A stretch of 64,000 nucleotides of DNA from an uncultured Desulfobulbia bacterium (lineage in GTDB: Bacteria; Desulfobacterota; Desulfobulbia; Desulfobulbales; S012-135), in the NCBI GenBank assembly GCA_964423785.1, contig CAYRGZ010000001.1, positions 9,782 through 73,781 on the forward strand. Reading direction: 5' to 3'. The notes under the pieces were generated by a model, which was not told the DNA's origin, made no database searches, and saw only the letters and a program-made list of their open reading frames with translations. Made by a program: the position numbers and the translations under genes. Below are positions 1 through 9,545 of this stretch, in pieces; positions within the stretch are counted from its first letter, which is position 1, and the number at the start of each line of letters is the position of its first letter.

Positions 1-240
1 CGGGGCCCGGCTTTTGTTCCACCATTCGCGGTTGTTGTATTTCAAGAAATGGTATCCGCGTCGCTGGCCGCTTTTCATCACTGTTGCCGGTTGCCGGGTT
101 CTGGTCAATACTTTGCTCAATTTTGTCGCCCTGCTGTGCACCCTGGGGCTGGTCCGGTCGGTCCGCTCCCGGTTTCTGGTCAATCTCCGGTTGTTGGGAT
201 GGTATCTGCGGGGCTGCCCTGATCCGAGGATGATCCAACC

Positions 241-1182
241 ATGAAAACGACAAAAATTCTCGTCGGCATCCCTGTGCTCGACAACATCGAGATGACCCGG
301 GTCTGCCTCCGGCACATGTTCGCCAATACCCAGGTCGATCGTCTGGGACTGGACGTGACCTTTTTTGTTTTGGACAACGGCTCCAGTGACGACATCGCGG
401 GGCTGTTGCGCAACGAATTCCTCGATGGTCCGTTTCCGATCCACTACCGTCGGAATCCCCGTAACCTGGGGGTGGCCATCGCCTGGAACCAGATCTTGCG
501 CTTTTCTCCGGAGCCGGTGCCGCCGCCGTCCTTTGCCTACGATTACTACGTCATCGCCAACAACGATGCCTTCGTCGGCCCCGATTGGTTGCAGCCCATG
601 GTGGAGGCCATGACGGTCGACTCCCGGATCGGCTGGATATCCTGCCTGGAGAACGGTTCGCCGGTGGCGCCGGAACTGGTGGAGGCGCATGCGATCACCC
701 GACAACACCGGGTCGATCCCAGCCGGCCGTACACCAGCGAGGCCATCAGCCGCAGTTTGGCGGAGATTTACGGCAAGTGGGGTGGGCACGAGCAGTTTTG
801 CGCCCAGATCAAGGCAAAGGAACTGCCGCTCTTTCTTCCGTTCGTCAAGGAGAACCGGTCGGCGGTCTGCTTCATGGTCCGCCCGGCCATGGTGGAGGAA
901 CTTGGTTTTTTCGACGAGGATTTCTGGCCGGTGGGTGTCGCCGAAGACCTCGAATACTTTCTACGCATCGAGGGAATCATTGCGCCACCGACGGGCGCGG
1001 TGCAGTCGGCAAGCGAAAAGTGGCTGGCCGGCTTCTGCGGCCGGAGCGTTGTGCACCACAACTGGTGCAGCACCCGCCAGGGAAAAAACTTCGACGGCCG
1101 CCGCTGGGACAAGCTGCGGGAGAAGTACTGGAAGAAGAAGTTCGGCCGCTCGAAGAAGTACTATACCAAGCTGTTGCCCTGA
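241..1182 (+). CDS. Glycosyltransferase family 2-like protein
   Basis: ATG at 241 with GAGGA a few nt upstream. The N-terminus ILVGIPVLDNIEMTRVCL...FFVLDNGSSDD is a GT-A/GT2-type nucleotide-sugar binding signature. 313 aa. Confidence 0.75.
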   Translation: MKTTKILVGIPVLDNIEMTRVCLRHMFANTQVDRLGLDVTFFVLDNGSSDDIAGLLRNEFLDGPFPIHYRRNPRNLGVAIAWNQILRFSPEPVPPPSFAYDYYVIANNDAFVGPDWLQPMVEAMTVDSRIGWISCLENGSPVAPELVEAHAITRQHRVDPSRPYTSEAISRSLAEIYGKWGGHEQFCAQIKAKELPLFLPFVKENRSAVCFMVRPAMVEELGFFDEDFWPVGVAEDLEYFLRIEGIIAPPTGAVQSASEKWLAGFCGRSVVHHNWCSTRQGKNFDGRRWDKLREKYWKKKFGRSKKYYTKLLP

Positions 1183-2354
1183 GATGCGCGCCCCTTGCCG
1201 GCGGCGATTTTCTCACAAAGGGTGATGATCGCCTCGTGATTGGCCTGCCGGGTATAGGGCTGTACCCGCAGCCGGCCGGCCCTGCCGATGCGCCGTCGTT
1301 CTGCGGCGTTGAGGAGGCGTTCCAGGAGAAGGCAGAGTTCCTCGGCATGCGGCGGATGGCTGGCCACCAGGCCGCTCGTCCCATGTTCGATGATTCCCGC
1401 CGCACCGTTGGTTTCCGTGGTCAGGACCGGAATGGCGCAGTGCATGGCCTCGAGGACCGCCAGGGAACAGGCATCGTAATACGTCGGCAAGACGAAGCCG
1501 TCTGCCACCGCATACACGCTTTCGATATCGGCCACTGGCCCGGTGAACAGGACACGGTCGTTGATCGCCAGGCGGGCCGTTAGACGGCGGAGCGCGGCAT
1601 ACGGTTCGGCGCCGACCACCAGCAGTCGGAAGTCGGCGCCGCGGTTGGCGAGCAGGGCCACGGCCCGCAGCAGCGGTTCGATCCCCTTTTTTTTCAGCTC
1701 GTAGGAAACGAAAACGAAACACACCGTCCGGTCATCGAGACCGAACCGTTGGCGGGCTGCCGGCTGCAGTTCGGCCAGGCGGTGCGGATCGAACCGCTGC
1801 GGATCGATACCGTTGTGGACGAGATGGATGGTGGCGGGATCGCACCGGAACCAGCGGGCCAGATCCCGGCGCACCAACTCGGAGATGGCGACAATGACCG
1901 GCCGGGTTGGTTGCCGGAAGGCGGCCGACTCGACCCAGTGCCGTACATGATGCTTGAGCCCGACGCAGGCCAAGAGTTGCTTGCCGAGGCGCATGACGGG
2001 GTTGGCAACCGTGTACGTCTTGCGCATGGTGGTGTACCAGTGGACGCCGCCGTGACTCTGGTAAATGTCCATGACCACGGTGTTGCCGACCCCGTAGATA
2101 ACGTCGTAACGTGTCGCCTGGATGTGTCGTCGGTGGCGCAAGGCGAAAAGGAGGATGCGCACCCAGCCGGGGACGCGGCGCGGTAGGGGGATGGGGTGGA
2201 AAACCGCCCAGCGGATGGAAGGATCCCAGCGCTCGGCATAGACGTGTACTTGCCAGTTCCGTTCGGAGAAACTGCGGGCCAGATCGACGAGGTACGATTC
2301 GGCGCCGCCGCCGCGGGCGTCGAAGTTTTCGATGGCAAAGGCGATGCTTTTCAC
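1161..2354 (-). CDS. Glycosyltransferase family 4 (GT-B, RfaG-like)
   Basis: GTG start. N-terminus MKSIAFAIENFDARGGGAESYLVDLAR and C-terminal ...FVLPTYYDACSLAVLEAMHCAIPVLTTETNGAAGII are typical of GT4/Glycos_transf_1. 397 aa. Confidence 0.8.
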   Translation of the reverse strand: MKSIAFAIENFDARGGGAESYLVDLARSFSERNWQVHVYAERWDPSIRWAVFHPIPLPRRVPGWVRILLFALRHRRHIQATRYDVIYGVGNTVVMDIYQSHGGVHWYTTMRKTYTVANPVMRLGKQLLACVGLKHHVRHWVESAAFRQPTRPVIVAISELVRRDLARWFRCDPATIHLVHNGIDPQRFDPHRLAELQPAARQRFGLDDRTVCFVFVSYELKKKGIEPLLRAVALLANRGADFRLLVVGAEPYAALRRLTARLAINDRVLFTGPVADIESVYAVADGFVLPTYYDACSLAVLEAMHCAIPVLTTETNGAAGIIEHGTSGLVASHPPHAEELCLLLERLLNAAERRRIGRAGRLRVQPYTRQANHEAIITLCEKIAAGKGRASQGNSLV

Positions 2355-2399
2355 GTAGTATTCTCGGTTTTGCTCAGCTGGGATCCCGAAACGCTATGA

Positions 2400-3260
2400 A
2401 TGTCCCAACATACCGTTTCCAGACAGGATCGCAACGGACTTGTATCCAGACAGAGAGAAAGGCTGGTGAACAAACTTCATAAAAAATCCCCATGGACCGC
2501 ACTCAGGCGCTGGTATCGGGTCGGCCGTCTTGCCCGCCAGGCCCGCCGACCTACCCCGAGGGATGGGGCGATGCTTGCGTTTTACCGGCAATTTATAGAG
2601 GCCGGAGGGTGTTGTTTCGACATCGGCGCCAATCTCGGCAACCGAACGAGAATTTTCTCCCAGTTAGTCGGGCCGACGGGACGGGTGGTGGCCGTGGAGC
2701 CCCAGTCCTTTTGCATGGCGGTGTTGCGTCGCGCCTTTGGCGGTGAGCGTAATGTCATGCTCGAACACACCGCTCTTGGGGCTGCCGAGGGAACGGCCGA
2801 GATTCGCCTGTCCAACGAGACCACGGTGGCCTCCATGGCAGCCGATTGGATCGCCGCCGTGCGGCGCACCAATCGGTTCGGCGAAGCCACCCGCTGGGAT
2901 GACACGGAAACGGTATCGGTGACCACCCTCGATCGACTCATCGTCGTCCACGGCGAGCCGCAATTCATCAAGATCGACGTGGAGGGCTTCGAAAAAGAGG
3001 TCATCGCCGGTCTTAGCCGGCCGCTTGCCACCTGCCTGTCCCTGGAGTTCACACCGGAATACCTGGATGGAACGGTTGCCTGTCTCGACCATCTCGGCCG
3101 GTTGGGAGGGATTTCCTGCAACTATTCCCTGGGCGAGTCGATGCAACTGGCCCTGGACCGGTGGTGCCCTGCTGCGGAACTCATCGAGCGGTTGGCCCGC
3201 TACCGGGACGATACCGAGGTCTTCGGCGACATTTATGTGCGGCTGTCGCCGTCCGACTGA
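2400..3260 (+). CDS. FkbM-family methyltransferase
   Basis: ATG start. CFDIGANLGNRTRIF...VVAVEP is the SAM-binding motif of FkbM-type methyltransferases. The true start may lie further downstream. Confidence 0.7.
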   Translation: MSQHTVSRQDRNGLVSRQRERLVNKLHKKSPWTALRRWYRVGRLARQARRPTPRDGAMLAFYRQFIEAGGCCFDIGANLGNRTRIFSQLVGPTGRVVAVEPQSFCMAVLRRAFGGERNVMLEHTALGAAEGTAEIRLSNETTVASMAADWIAAVRRTNRFGEATRWDDTETVSVTTLDRLIVVHGEPQFIKIDVEGFEKEVIAGLSRPLATCLSLEFTPEYLDGTVACLDHLGRLGGISCNYSLGESMQLALDRWCPAAELIERLARYRDDTEVFGDIYVRLSPSD

Positions 3261-3320
3261 GATGGTTGGTCGGGTTTATCTGAAAATCCTTCCGGCACGG
3301 CCGGTGATCGGCGGGGATTT

Positions 3321-4361
3321 TCATCCTTTCGCTGCACTCGGTGCTGCTGGGTGGGGGGTGTGCAGATACAGCGGCACCTCCTGGTGGGCGCTGATGTTTG
3401 CAAAACCGTAATAGCGCCGGTAATCGACTCGGAACCCCGCCTGCCAGCGTTCGAGGAGATGGTCGGGGTGGATGTCGCCTGCGAGGTTGTCGTTCTCCAC
3501 TTGCACCTTGTTGCAGGGAATGTTGAGCAGCCGGGATTTACGGTAACAGACGCCGAGACGGCCTTGAAACAAGGGCCGAAAGAGCTGCAGACCGTCCTCG
3601 AACGAATTGGGCGCGGTGAATCGGGCGTGGTGGGTGAGAATGGTGATCTCTCGCCGGTCAAAGATATGGCCGTCCACCGACAGGGGGTAGCCCCAGTCGT
3701 GCACCCCTTTAGACCAACGCCAGCAGAAGAATGCGTCGTCGAGATCGGGATCCGGTTTGGCGGCGGGCGGCAGCGGTTGGTCGGCCTGGAGAGTGTAACA
3801 CCGGGTGAGGTTGCAGCCGAGACGTAGGCTGGGAACGAAACGGTCGCTGTCAAGGGCGGCCAAGGGGCGGAGATCCACCGGTTCTGTGAACAACAGGTCA
3901 TCGACCAGGAAGAAGAGCCGCTCCTCGGAGAGTTCATCCAGCAGGCGTAACAGATCATCCCGGAACGACGTTCGGTTACGCTGACGGAGGAAGCGGATGC
4001 GGGGAAAAAGCTCGGCAAGTTCGTGGTAGGCCGCCGCATGTGCTGTGCTGGAACAGTCATAGAGAACATGGGTGGTCGGCGGCGGCGATACCTGTTCCTG
4101 CATCGAGGCAAGAAGGCCGTGGAGCTGCAGAGCGCGGTCCTTGGAGAAGACGATGCAGGCGATACGGCTCTCCTCCGGGGCCGGCTGGATGCCGCGGCGG
4201 CAGAGGAGGAGTTCCCGGTAGGCGTCCCTCTCGCGTACAAGGGCATCGTAGTCCCGGGAGGTGCGTACCGAAAGCCCCAGGGGCCGGAGCACGGCCTGCA
4301 GCAGGGCGCAAAGGCGGTCTCGGGTGCTCATGGCCGCGGTGCTCCGGCGAGCGGTTGACAT
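3321..4361 (-). CDS. Hypothetical protein, possible glycosyltransferase-like enzyme of the polysaccharide cluster
   Basis: Long ORF. The track start at 4391 is TTG; the first ATG is at 4361 (another at 4331). I recognise no confident family. Its position is among sugar-modifying genes. Confidence 0.45.
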   Translation of the reverse strand: MSTARRSTAAMSTRDRLCALLQAVLRPLGLSVRTSRDYDALVRERDAYRELLLCRRGIQPAPEESRIACIVFSKDRALQLHGLLASMQEQVSPPPTTHVLYDCSSTAHAAAYHELAELFPRIRFLRQRNRTSFRDDLLRLLDELSEERLFFLVDDLLFTEPVDLRPLAALDSDRFVPSLRLGCNLTRCYTLQADQPLPPAAKPDPDLDDAFFCWRWSKGVHDWGYPLSVDGHIFDRREITILTHHARFTAPNSFEDGLQLFRPLFQGRLGVCYRKSRLLNIPCNKVQVENDNLAGDIHPDHLLERWQAGFRVDYRRYYGFANISAHQEVPLYLHTPHPAAPSAAKG

Positions 4362-4403
4362 ATCGGATTCTGTTTGGCGAACCGTGACCAACAGGAGAGG
4401 TTC

Positions 4404-5942
4404 GTGCTCTTCAATTCGTACACCTATATCTTGTTTTTTTTACCGCTGGTGGTGGCGGGATATTTTTCCGTTAACCGGCGGAAGGGAGAACGCTGGGCCA
4501 TCGTCTGGCTGGTTGCCGCCTCGTTGCTGTTCTATGGTTGGTGGAAACCAGTCTATCTCCCCTTGCTCCTTTTTTCCATTGGGTTCAATTTCTGGGTTGG
4601 CTGCCATTTGCCGCGAGCGGCGGAGCGTCGGCGCCGCGCCTTGCTCAGGCTTGGCATCACGGTTAATCTGGGGCTGCTGGCCTATTTCAAGTATGCCGGC
4701 TTTGTGGTCGCCAACGTCAACACTCTGTTCGATACCGATTTCGCCGTTGGTCCCATCGTCTTGCCCCTTGCCATCTCCTTTTTCACCTTTCAGCAAGTCG
4801 CCTATCTCGTCGATTCGGCCAGGGGCTTGACCAAAGAGTACGATTTTTGGCGTTATAGCCTGTTTGTCGCCTTCTTTCCCCAGCTCATCGCCGGCCCCAT
4901 TGTTCACCATGCCGAGGTGCTGCCCCAGTTTGCCGACGAAAAACGTCACCGGAAGATAGCCGAAAATCTCGTTGTCGGCATCGTCATCTTTGTCATTGGC
5001 TTGTGGAAAAAGGTGATGGTCGCCGATACGGTGGCCGGTTACGCTACACCGGTGTTCACCGCTGTGGAACAGGGATATGGTCCGACTGTCGTTGAGGCCT
5101 GGACCGCCGCCCTTGCCTACGCCCTGCAGATCTATTTCGATTTCAGCGGCTATTCCGACATGGCCATCGGCTCTGCCCGGCTTTTTGGCATCCGTTTGCC
5201 GCTCAATTTCCACTCGCCGTACAAGGCCGATAACATCATCGAGTTCTGGCGACGTTGGCACATGACCCTGTCCCGTTTTTTACGGGATTATCTCTACATT
5301 CCCCTGGGCGGCAACCGGAAGGGAACCCTATGGCGCTTCGTCAACGTCTTCATCACCATGTTTCTCGGCGGGCTTTGGCACGGGGCCGGGTGGAACTTCA
5401 TCATCTGGGGCGTGCTCCATGCCGCCTACATGTTCGTCAACCATCTATGGCACCGGATTGTTCCCGCTGCCGGTGGGAAGCATTGGTGGAGCGTGGCGGC
5501 GGCCCGCGTCTGTACCCTGGTGGCGGTGATCGTCGCCTGGGTCTTTTTCCGGGCCGAAACGCTGGCCGGCGCGCTGCGGATGCTCAAGGGAATGGCGGGC
5601 GGTAACGGAATGGTGGTGCCCCAAAAGTACCTTGCCCGCTGGGGCGAGGTAGGGGAATGGCTCGCCGTACACGGAGTCGCTTTTCAGACAACCCGTTTTC
5701 TGACGAGCCTGACTCCATTGGTCAATCTGGTCATTCTCTTGGTGTTGTGCGCTTCGCTCCTGCCCAACACCCAGGAGATCATGGCTCGGTACGAACCGGC
5801 CCTGGGCTATGGGGGGGCTGGCCCCCGCCGCTGGTACGAGTTTTCCATCCGCCCCCTCACCGCCGTGGCCGGTGCCGGGCTGTTTCTCGTCTCCTTTTTC
5901 CACCTCACCAGGGTGTCCGCCTTTTTGTACTTCAATTTCTGA
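4404..5942 (+). CDS. MBOAT-family membrane-bound O-acyltransferase (AlgI/DltB-like)
   Basis: Contains the hallmark FWRRWHMTLSRFLRDYLYIPLGGNRKG and multiple TM segments. The track start 4374 is TTG. GTG at 4404 follows AGGAGAGG (4393-4400) and gives the canonical MLFNS.. N-terminus. Confidence 0.9.
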   Translation: MLFNSYTYILFFLPLVVAGYFSVNRRKGERWAIVWLVAASLLFYGWWKPVYLPLLLFSIGFNFWVGCHLPRAAERRRRALLRLGITVNLGLLAYFKYAGFVVANVNTLFDTDFAVGPIVLPLAISFFTFQQVAYLVDSARGLTKEYDFWRYSLFVAFFPQLIAGPIVHHAEVLPQFADEKRHRKIAENLVVGIVIFVIGLWKKVMVADTVAGYATPVFTAVEQGYGPTVVEAWTAALAYALQIYFDFSGYSDMAIGSARLFGIRLPLNFHSPYKADNIIEFWRRWHMTLSRFLRDYLYIPLGGNRKGTLWRFVNVFITMFLGGLWHGAGWNFIIWGVLHAAYMFVNHLWHRIVPAAGGKHWWSVAAARVCTLVAVIVAWVFFRAETLAGALRMLKGMAGGNGMVVPQKYLARWGEVGEWLAVHGVAFQTTRFLTSLTPLVNLVILLVLCASLLPNTQEIMARYEPALGYGGAGPRRWYEFSIRPLTAVAGAGLFLVSFFHLTRVSAFLYFNF

Positions 5943-6043
5943 TGAACTCGTAATAATTCGCAGTCGGTCCAGGTCTGACACGATAATTTAAAGGGTTACG
6001 AAGCGCGAACGCGATGAAATCGCAGTTTTTGCGATTTCATCAA
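5941..6043 (+). repeat. ~105-bp intergenic repeat family, copy A
   Basis: Carries the conserved core GCAGTCGGTCCAGGTCTGACACGATAATT and the terminal hairpin GATGAAATCGCA-gttttt-GCGATTTCATC. Flanked by CAATTTCTGA at 5933-5942 and 6041-6050. Confidence 0.85.
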
Positions 6044-6065
6044 TTTCTGAGCACCGCGAGCATCC

Positions 6066-7169
6066 ATGTCGATCCATACGCCGGAACAACGATGGCTGCG
6101 TCTGTTCTTTGTGATCGTTATGACGGGGATTTCCCTGCTATGCCTGACTAATCTGATCGTCGATCCCTTTGATATCTTTGGGGTCGGCATCCTGCCCCGG
6201 CCGCGCCTCGATAACCTGCGCTCCATCAAGATCCGCTATTTGCGGGAGCATCACGATCTCTACGACAGCTATATCTTCGGTTCGTCCCGCATTGGTATCC
6301 TCGATCCCGTTTGGCTGGAACGGTATTTGCCCGAACGGCGCTTTTACAATATGTTCGTGCCGGGTTCCTCTCCCTACGATCAGGTGCGCCATCTGCGCTA
6401 TTTTTTGCGCCAGGGATACACGGTCAAACGAATTTTTTTGCAGTACGATATCGAGCCCGAATACGCTCCGCCGCCGGACATGCTCTTCATGCGGCTGCAT
6501 CCCCTGGTTACCGGCGAGAACCCTGTCGTGGCCAAGGCCCGTTATCTTGTTCTCTTTTCGCGGGACGCCCTGGAAGCGAAGTTGCGGTACAATTTCGACC
6601 CACCGTCAGTGGTTTACTATCCGGCTAGTGGGCACATGATCGATCTTGAAAAGGAGCGGTGGATCGAAGCGCATCCGGAGGAACACCTGGCTCGGGAAGG
6701 AACATTTCATGAGAGGGTTACGCGCGAACCGGTCTTCCCTGGTTGGGTGCTCCAACAAAAGCTGGATGGCTTGTCCGAGTTTGTCGCCCTGTGCCGGCGG
6801 CACGATATCGTCCTCGACGTGGCGGTGACACCCCATAACCAGATCTATCTCGACCGTCAGAACCGGCAGGGATATCTGTACGAGTTACGTCGTCTGGCCG
6901 AGATAACCGGCGGCTACTGGGACTTCAGCGGCTACAACAGCGTTACCACCAATAATCTCAATTACTTTGAAAGTTCTCATTACCGGCCCCAAGTGGCCTT
7001 CTGGCTGCTCGCCCGTATCTACGAGCAAGAGCCGCAGTCGGTCCCGGCGGATTTCGGCCGCTATGTTACCCCGGCCAATTTGGCTGGCTATCTAGCGCGG
7101 CGCGCGGCGGAACTCGACCGGCGGGATCAGATGCTTCGTGAACAAAGAGATCAAGGATCCGTGCCATGA
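6066..7169 (+). CDS. Membrane-anchored hypothetical protein, possible DltD/SGNH-like partner of the MBOAT
   Basis: ATG start and an N-terminal TM helix. YIFGSSRIG resembles a DltD-type catalytic Ser motif. Lies immediately downstream of the MBOAT, and its stop overlaps the next gene's start (ATGA). Confidence 0.5.
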   Translation: MSIHTPEQRWLRLFFVIVMTGISLLCLTNLIVDPFDIFGVGILPRPRLDNLRSIKIRYLREHHDLYDSYIFGSSRIGILDPVWLERYLPERRFYNMFVPGSSPYDQVRHLRYFLRQGYTVKRIFLQYDIEPEYAPPPDMLFMRLHPLVTGENPVVAKARYLVLFSRDALEAKLRYNFDPPSVVYYPASGHMIDLEKERWIEAHPEEHLAREGTFHERVTREPVFPGWVLQQKLDGLSEFVALCRRHDIVLDVAVTPHNQIYLDRQNRQGYLYELRRLAEITGGYWDFSGYNSVTTNNLNYFESSHYRPQVAFWLLARIYEQEPQSVPADFGRYVTPANLAGYLARRAAELDRRDQMLREQRDQGSVP

Positions 7170-8407
7170 GCAAAGCAAGCCTTTTTGAGCGCTATCCCCG
7201 GACGACGATTTTTTTGACCGTGATCATCGGCGTCCTGCTCCTCGATGTGGTGGCCGCCAACGTGCAAAAGCACTCCTTTCGCTACCGGTTCAAGAAGTAC
7301 GACCACGAAAAGGAGTATCGGACTGCTTCGGATGTCTATCACCATGGCCTGCTGCCGAACAAGGTGGTGCCCATCACCCGGTTCGGTAATAAATTCTACT
7401 CGGTCAAGACCAACTCTCTGGGGTTTCGGGATTTTCAGCCGCGCGAGGTTCCCTTGCGCTCCGACCGGTACCGTATCCTGCTCATGGGCGACTCCTTTAC
7501 CGAAGGGGTGGGGTGCGAGTATGAAGACACCTACGCCGGTATCCTGACCCGGACCTTGGCTAAACGGGGAATCGAGGTATTGAACGGCGCTGCCGTCTCC
7601 TATTCGCCGAGCATCTACTACGCCAAGGTGCGTTACCTGCTCGAGGATGTAGGGCTCGATTTTGACGATCTGTTCGTGATGCTGGACCTGACCGACGCGG
7701 TTAACGAGGCCTGCTGGTATCGCACGGACGAGCAAGGCCGCGTGCTGACCAACGAGGAGGGGCGCCGTTGGGAAGACAGGGAGCGCGAACGGCACGAGGA
7801 GGAGTTGAAGCGGCAGCGCGATTTGTTCACCAGGATCGAGCGTATCCTGAAACGGGATTCCATCCTCCTCTACTGGACGGTCCGGAAGACTCACGACCTG
7901 TTTTTCGACAAGGATGTCTTCCAGGATTACTTCGCCATTAACAATTGGTGGGGCTTGTGGCCGTCGGATAGCAAGATTTTTGAACTTTACGGCCGGCGAG
8001 GATTAGAGGGGATGGTGCGGTATATGGACAAACTCTACGAACTGTGCCGACAGCGTGGCATTCCCTTGAGCGTTGGCATTTACCCCTGGATAGACCAGAT
8101 CGCCCGGCGGGAAACCGACAACGTTTATGTGCGAACCTGGCGGCAGTGGTGCGCTGAGCGTAACGTCACTTTCTACAACTTGTACCCGGCCTTCATCAAC
8201 GACCAGACCGACGTACGCAAGACGCTGGAAGAGAACTTCATCTACTGCGACATCCACTGGAACGAAAACGGCCACCGCCGTATCGCCGAGGCCCTGCTTC
8301 GCTTGGGGTTTCCACGGCTGCTCAAAGAGGCGGCCGGTGTCCGGCCGACGGACGGGTCTACGGAGCGGAACGCTGGTGGATTGCCGGCGGAGCGCCCGCG
8401 GCGATGA
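7166..8407 (+). CDS. SGNH/GDSL hydrolase-family protein (polysaccharide O-acyl transfer/esterase)
   Basis: N-terminal TM helix, block I ILLMGDSFTEGVG and block V DIHWNENGH. Confidence 0.75.
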   Translation: MSKASLFERYPRTTIFLTVIIGVLLLDVVAANVQKHSFRYRFKKYDHEKEYRTASDVYHHGLLPNKVVPITRFGNKFYSVKTNSLGFRDFQPREVPLRSDRYRILLMGDSFTEGVGCEYEDTYAGILTRTLAKRGIEVLNGAAVSYSPSIYYAKVRYLLEDVGLDFDDLFVMLDLTDAVNEACWYRTDEQGRVLTNEEGRRWEDRERERHEEELKRQRDLFTRIERILKRDSILLYWTVRKTHDLFFDKDVFQDYFAINNWWGLWPSDSKIFELYGRRGLEGMVRYMDKLYELCRQRGIPLSVGIYPWIDQIARRETDNVYVRTWRQWCAERNVTFYNLYPAFINDQTDVRKTLEENFIYCDIHWNENGHRRIAEALLRLGFPRLLKEAAGVRPTDGSTERNAGGLPAERPRR

Positions 8408-9545
8408 TCTTGGCTAGATGCTCGGCGATGATTCGGTTGCCGATGCTGTTGACGTGGCAAAAGTCTATGAAAATGTTGTCTTTTTTGTCGTCGAAGATGT
8501 GAGTGAGATCGTAGGCCGCCATCCCCTGTGCCCGGAGTTCCGCCACCACCTCTTGGAGCAGGGGATAGCCCACCGTAAAGGCCTTGTCCATCAGCGGTGA
8601 GTTCTTGTCGTTCAACGCAGCCACCTCGGCCAGGTCAGCGGTGCGGTGGGTGAAGTTGCCGGTGAAGAAGTTAGGCTGCAGGCAGCAGTAGAAACGGAAC
8701 CCGTACTGGTCGGCCAGGCGTTGCATCGCTTCAATGTTGCGGCGATAGATGGCGGCGGTCTGGCGGGCCTTGGCCGCCACGTTGGCGTCATCCTGCATGT
8801 TTGGCGGCACTAATCGCTTGCGCTTGAGCTGTTTGCGTTTGATCGTTTTGTAGATGTTGCGCGGCAATACCATCTCCTTGAGCCGTTTGATGCGGTATTC
8901 CCATTCCTGTTTCTTGGCGCTCGAAAACATCACCCCTTGTGGATTGTCGAAATAGATCCCCTGTAAGATGTCGTTGACCCCGTCATAGACCACGACGATG
9001 TCGGGTCGGACGCCGTTGTTCAGCTCCCACTCCAGTCGCGCCAACTCCTGGGTCGAGTTGACTGAGGTGACGCCGGCGTTGAGGACGGCAAATTTGTGTG
9101 GTTGCAACTCGTCGTTGAGCCGACTGGCGAGCAAGGAGGCCACGGTGAACTCGTCCGGTACCTCGGCGCAGTGGATGGTGGAGCCACCGAGGAGCAGCAC
9201 CGTGGTCACGCCTGGATCGAAAGGGGGGTAGCGGTTGATAGTTCGGCGGTAGGTGCTTTTGCCGAGGCGGTCGGTGTGGAAGTAGGTGCCCTGGTATTCC
9301 TTGGGGAAGACGAGGATCGTCCCCTCCGGGGTCACCCAGCCGCCGGGCGGCTGGAATTGGGCAAAGCTCTCCGACAGGAACGCTTCGGAAAAGTACGGCT
9401 CGTTGATGTAGGCCGAACTGGTGAGGCGTTCCGGATAGTTCTCGTAGGGTTTGGGGTTGTATGGAAACAGGACCCCATAGACCATGTCGACCAGATAGTA
9501 GAGGGCGATGGTGATGGCGGCGATGATGCAGATGTTCTTTTTCAT
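8358..9545 (-). CDS. SGNH hydrolase-like protein
   Basis: N-terminal TM helix, LLLGGSTIHCAE, VVVYDGVNDI and DFCHVNSIGN (SGNH blocks I, III, V). ATGA overlap with the upstream gene. Confidence 0.7.
   Translation of the reverse strand: MKKNICIIAAITIALYYLVDMVYGVLFPYNPKPYENYPERLTSSAYINEPYFSEAFLSESFAQFQPPGGWVTPEGTILVFPKEYQGTYFHTDRLGKSTYRRTINRYPPFDPGVTTVLLLGGSTIHCAEVPDEFTVASLLASRLNDELQPHKFAVLNAGVTSVNSTQELARLEWELNNGVRPDIVVVYDGVNDILQGIYFDNPQGVMFSSAKKQEWEYRIKRLKEMVLPRNIYKTIKRKQLKRKRLVPPNMQDDANVAAKARQTAAIYRRNIEAMQRLADQYGFRFYCCLQPNFFTGNFTHRTADLAEVAALNDKNSPLMDKAFTVGYPLLQEVVAELRAQGMAAYDLTHIFDDKKDNIFIDFCHVNSIGNRIIAEHLAKIIAAGAPPAIHQRSAP

Noticed and set aside
50-215. Two similar motifs TGGTATCCGCGTCGCT (50-65) and TGGTATCTGCGGGGCT (200-215) with GG-N10-GC spacing, plus a (G/T)TTCTGGTCAAT direct repeat (about 98-109 and 173-184), upstream of the first GT2 gene
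   Set aside because: Both the -24 (TGGTAT) and -12 (TCGC/GGGC) elements deviate from the sigma-54 consensus. This could be a promoter or operator, but the evidence is too weak, and the window edge truncates the context.
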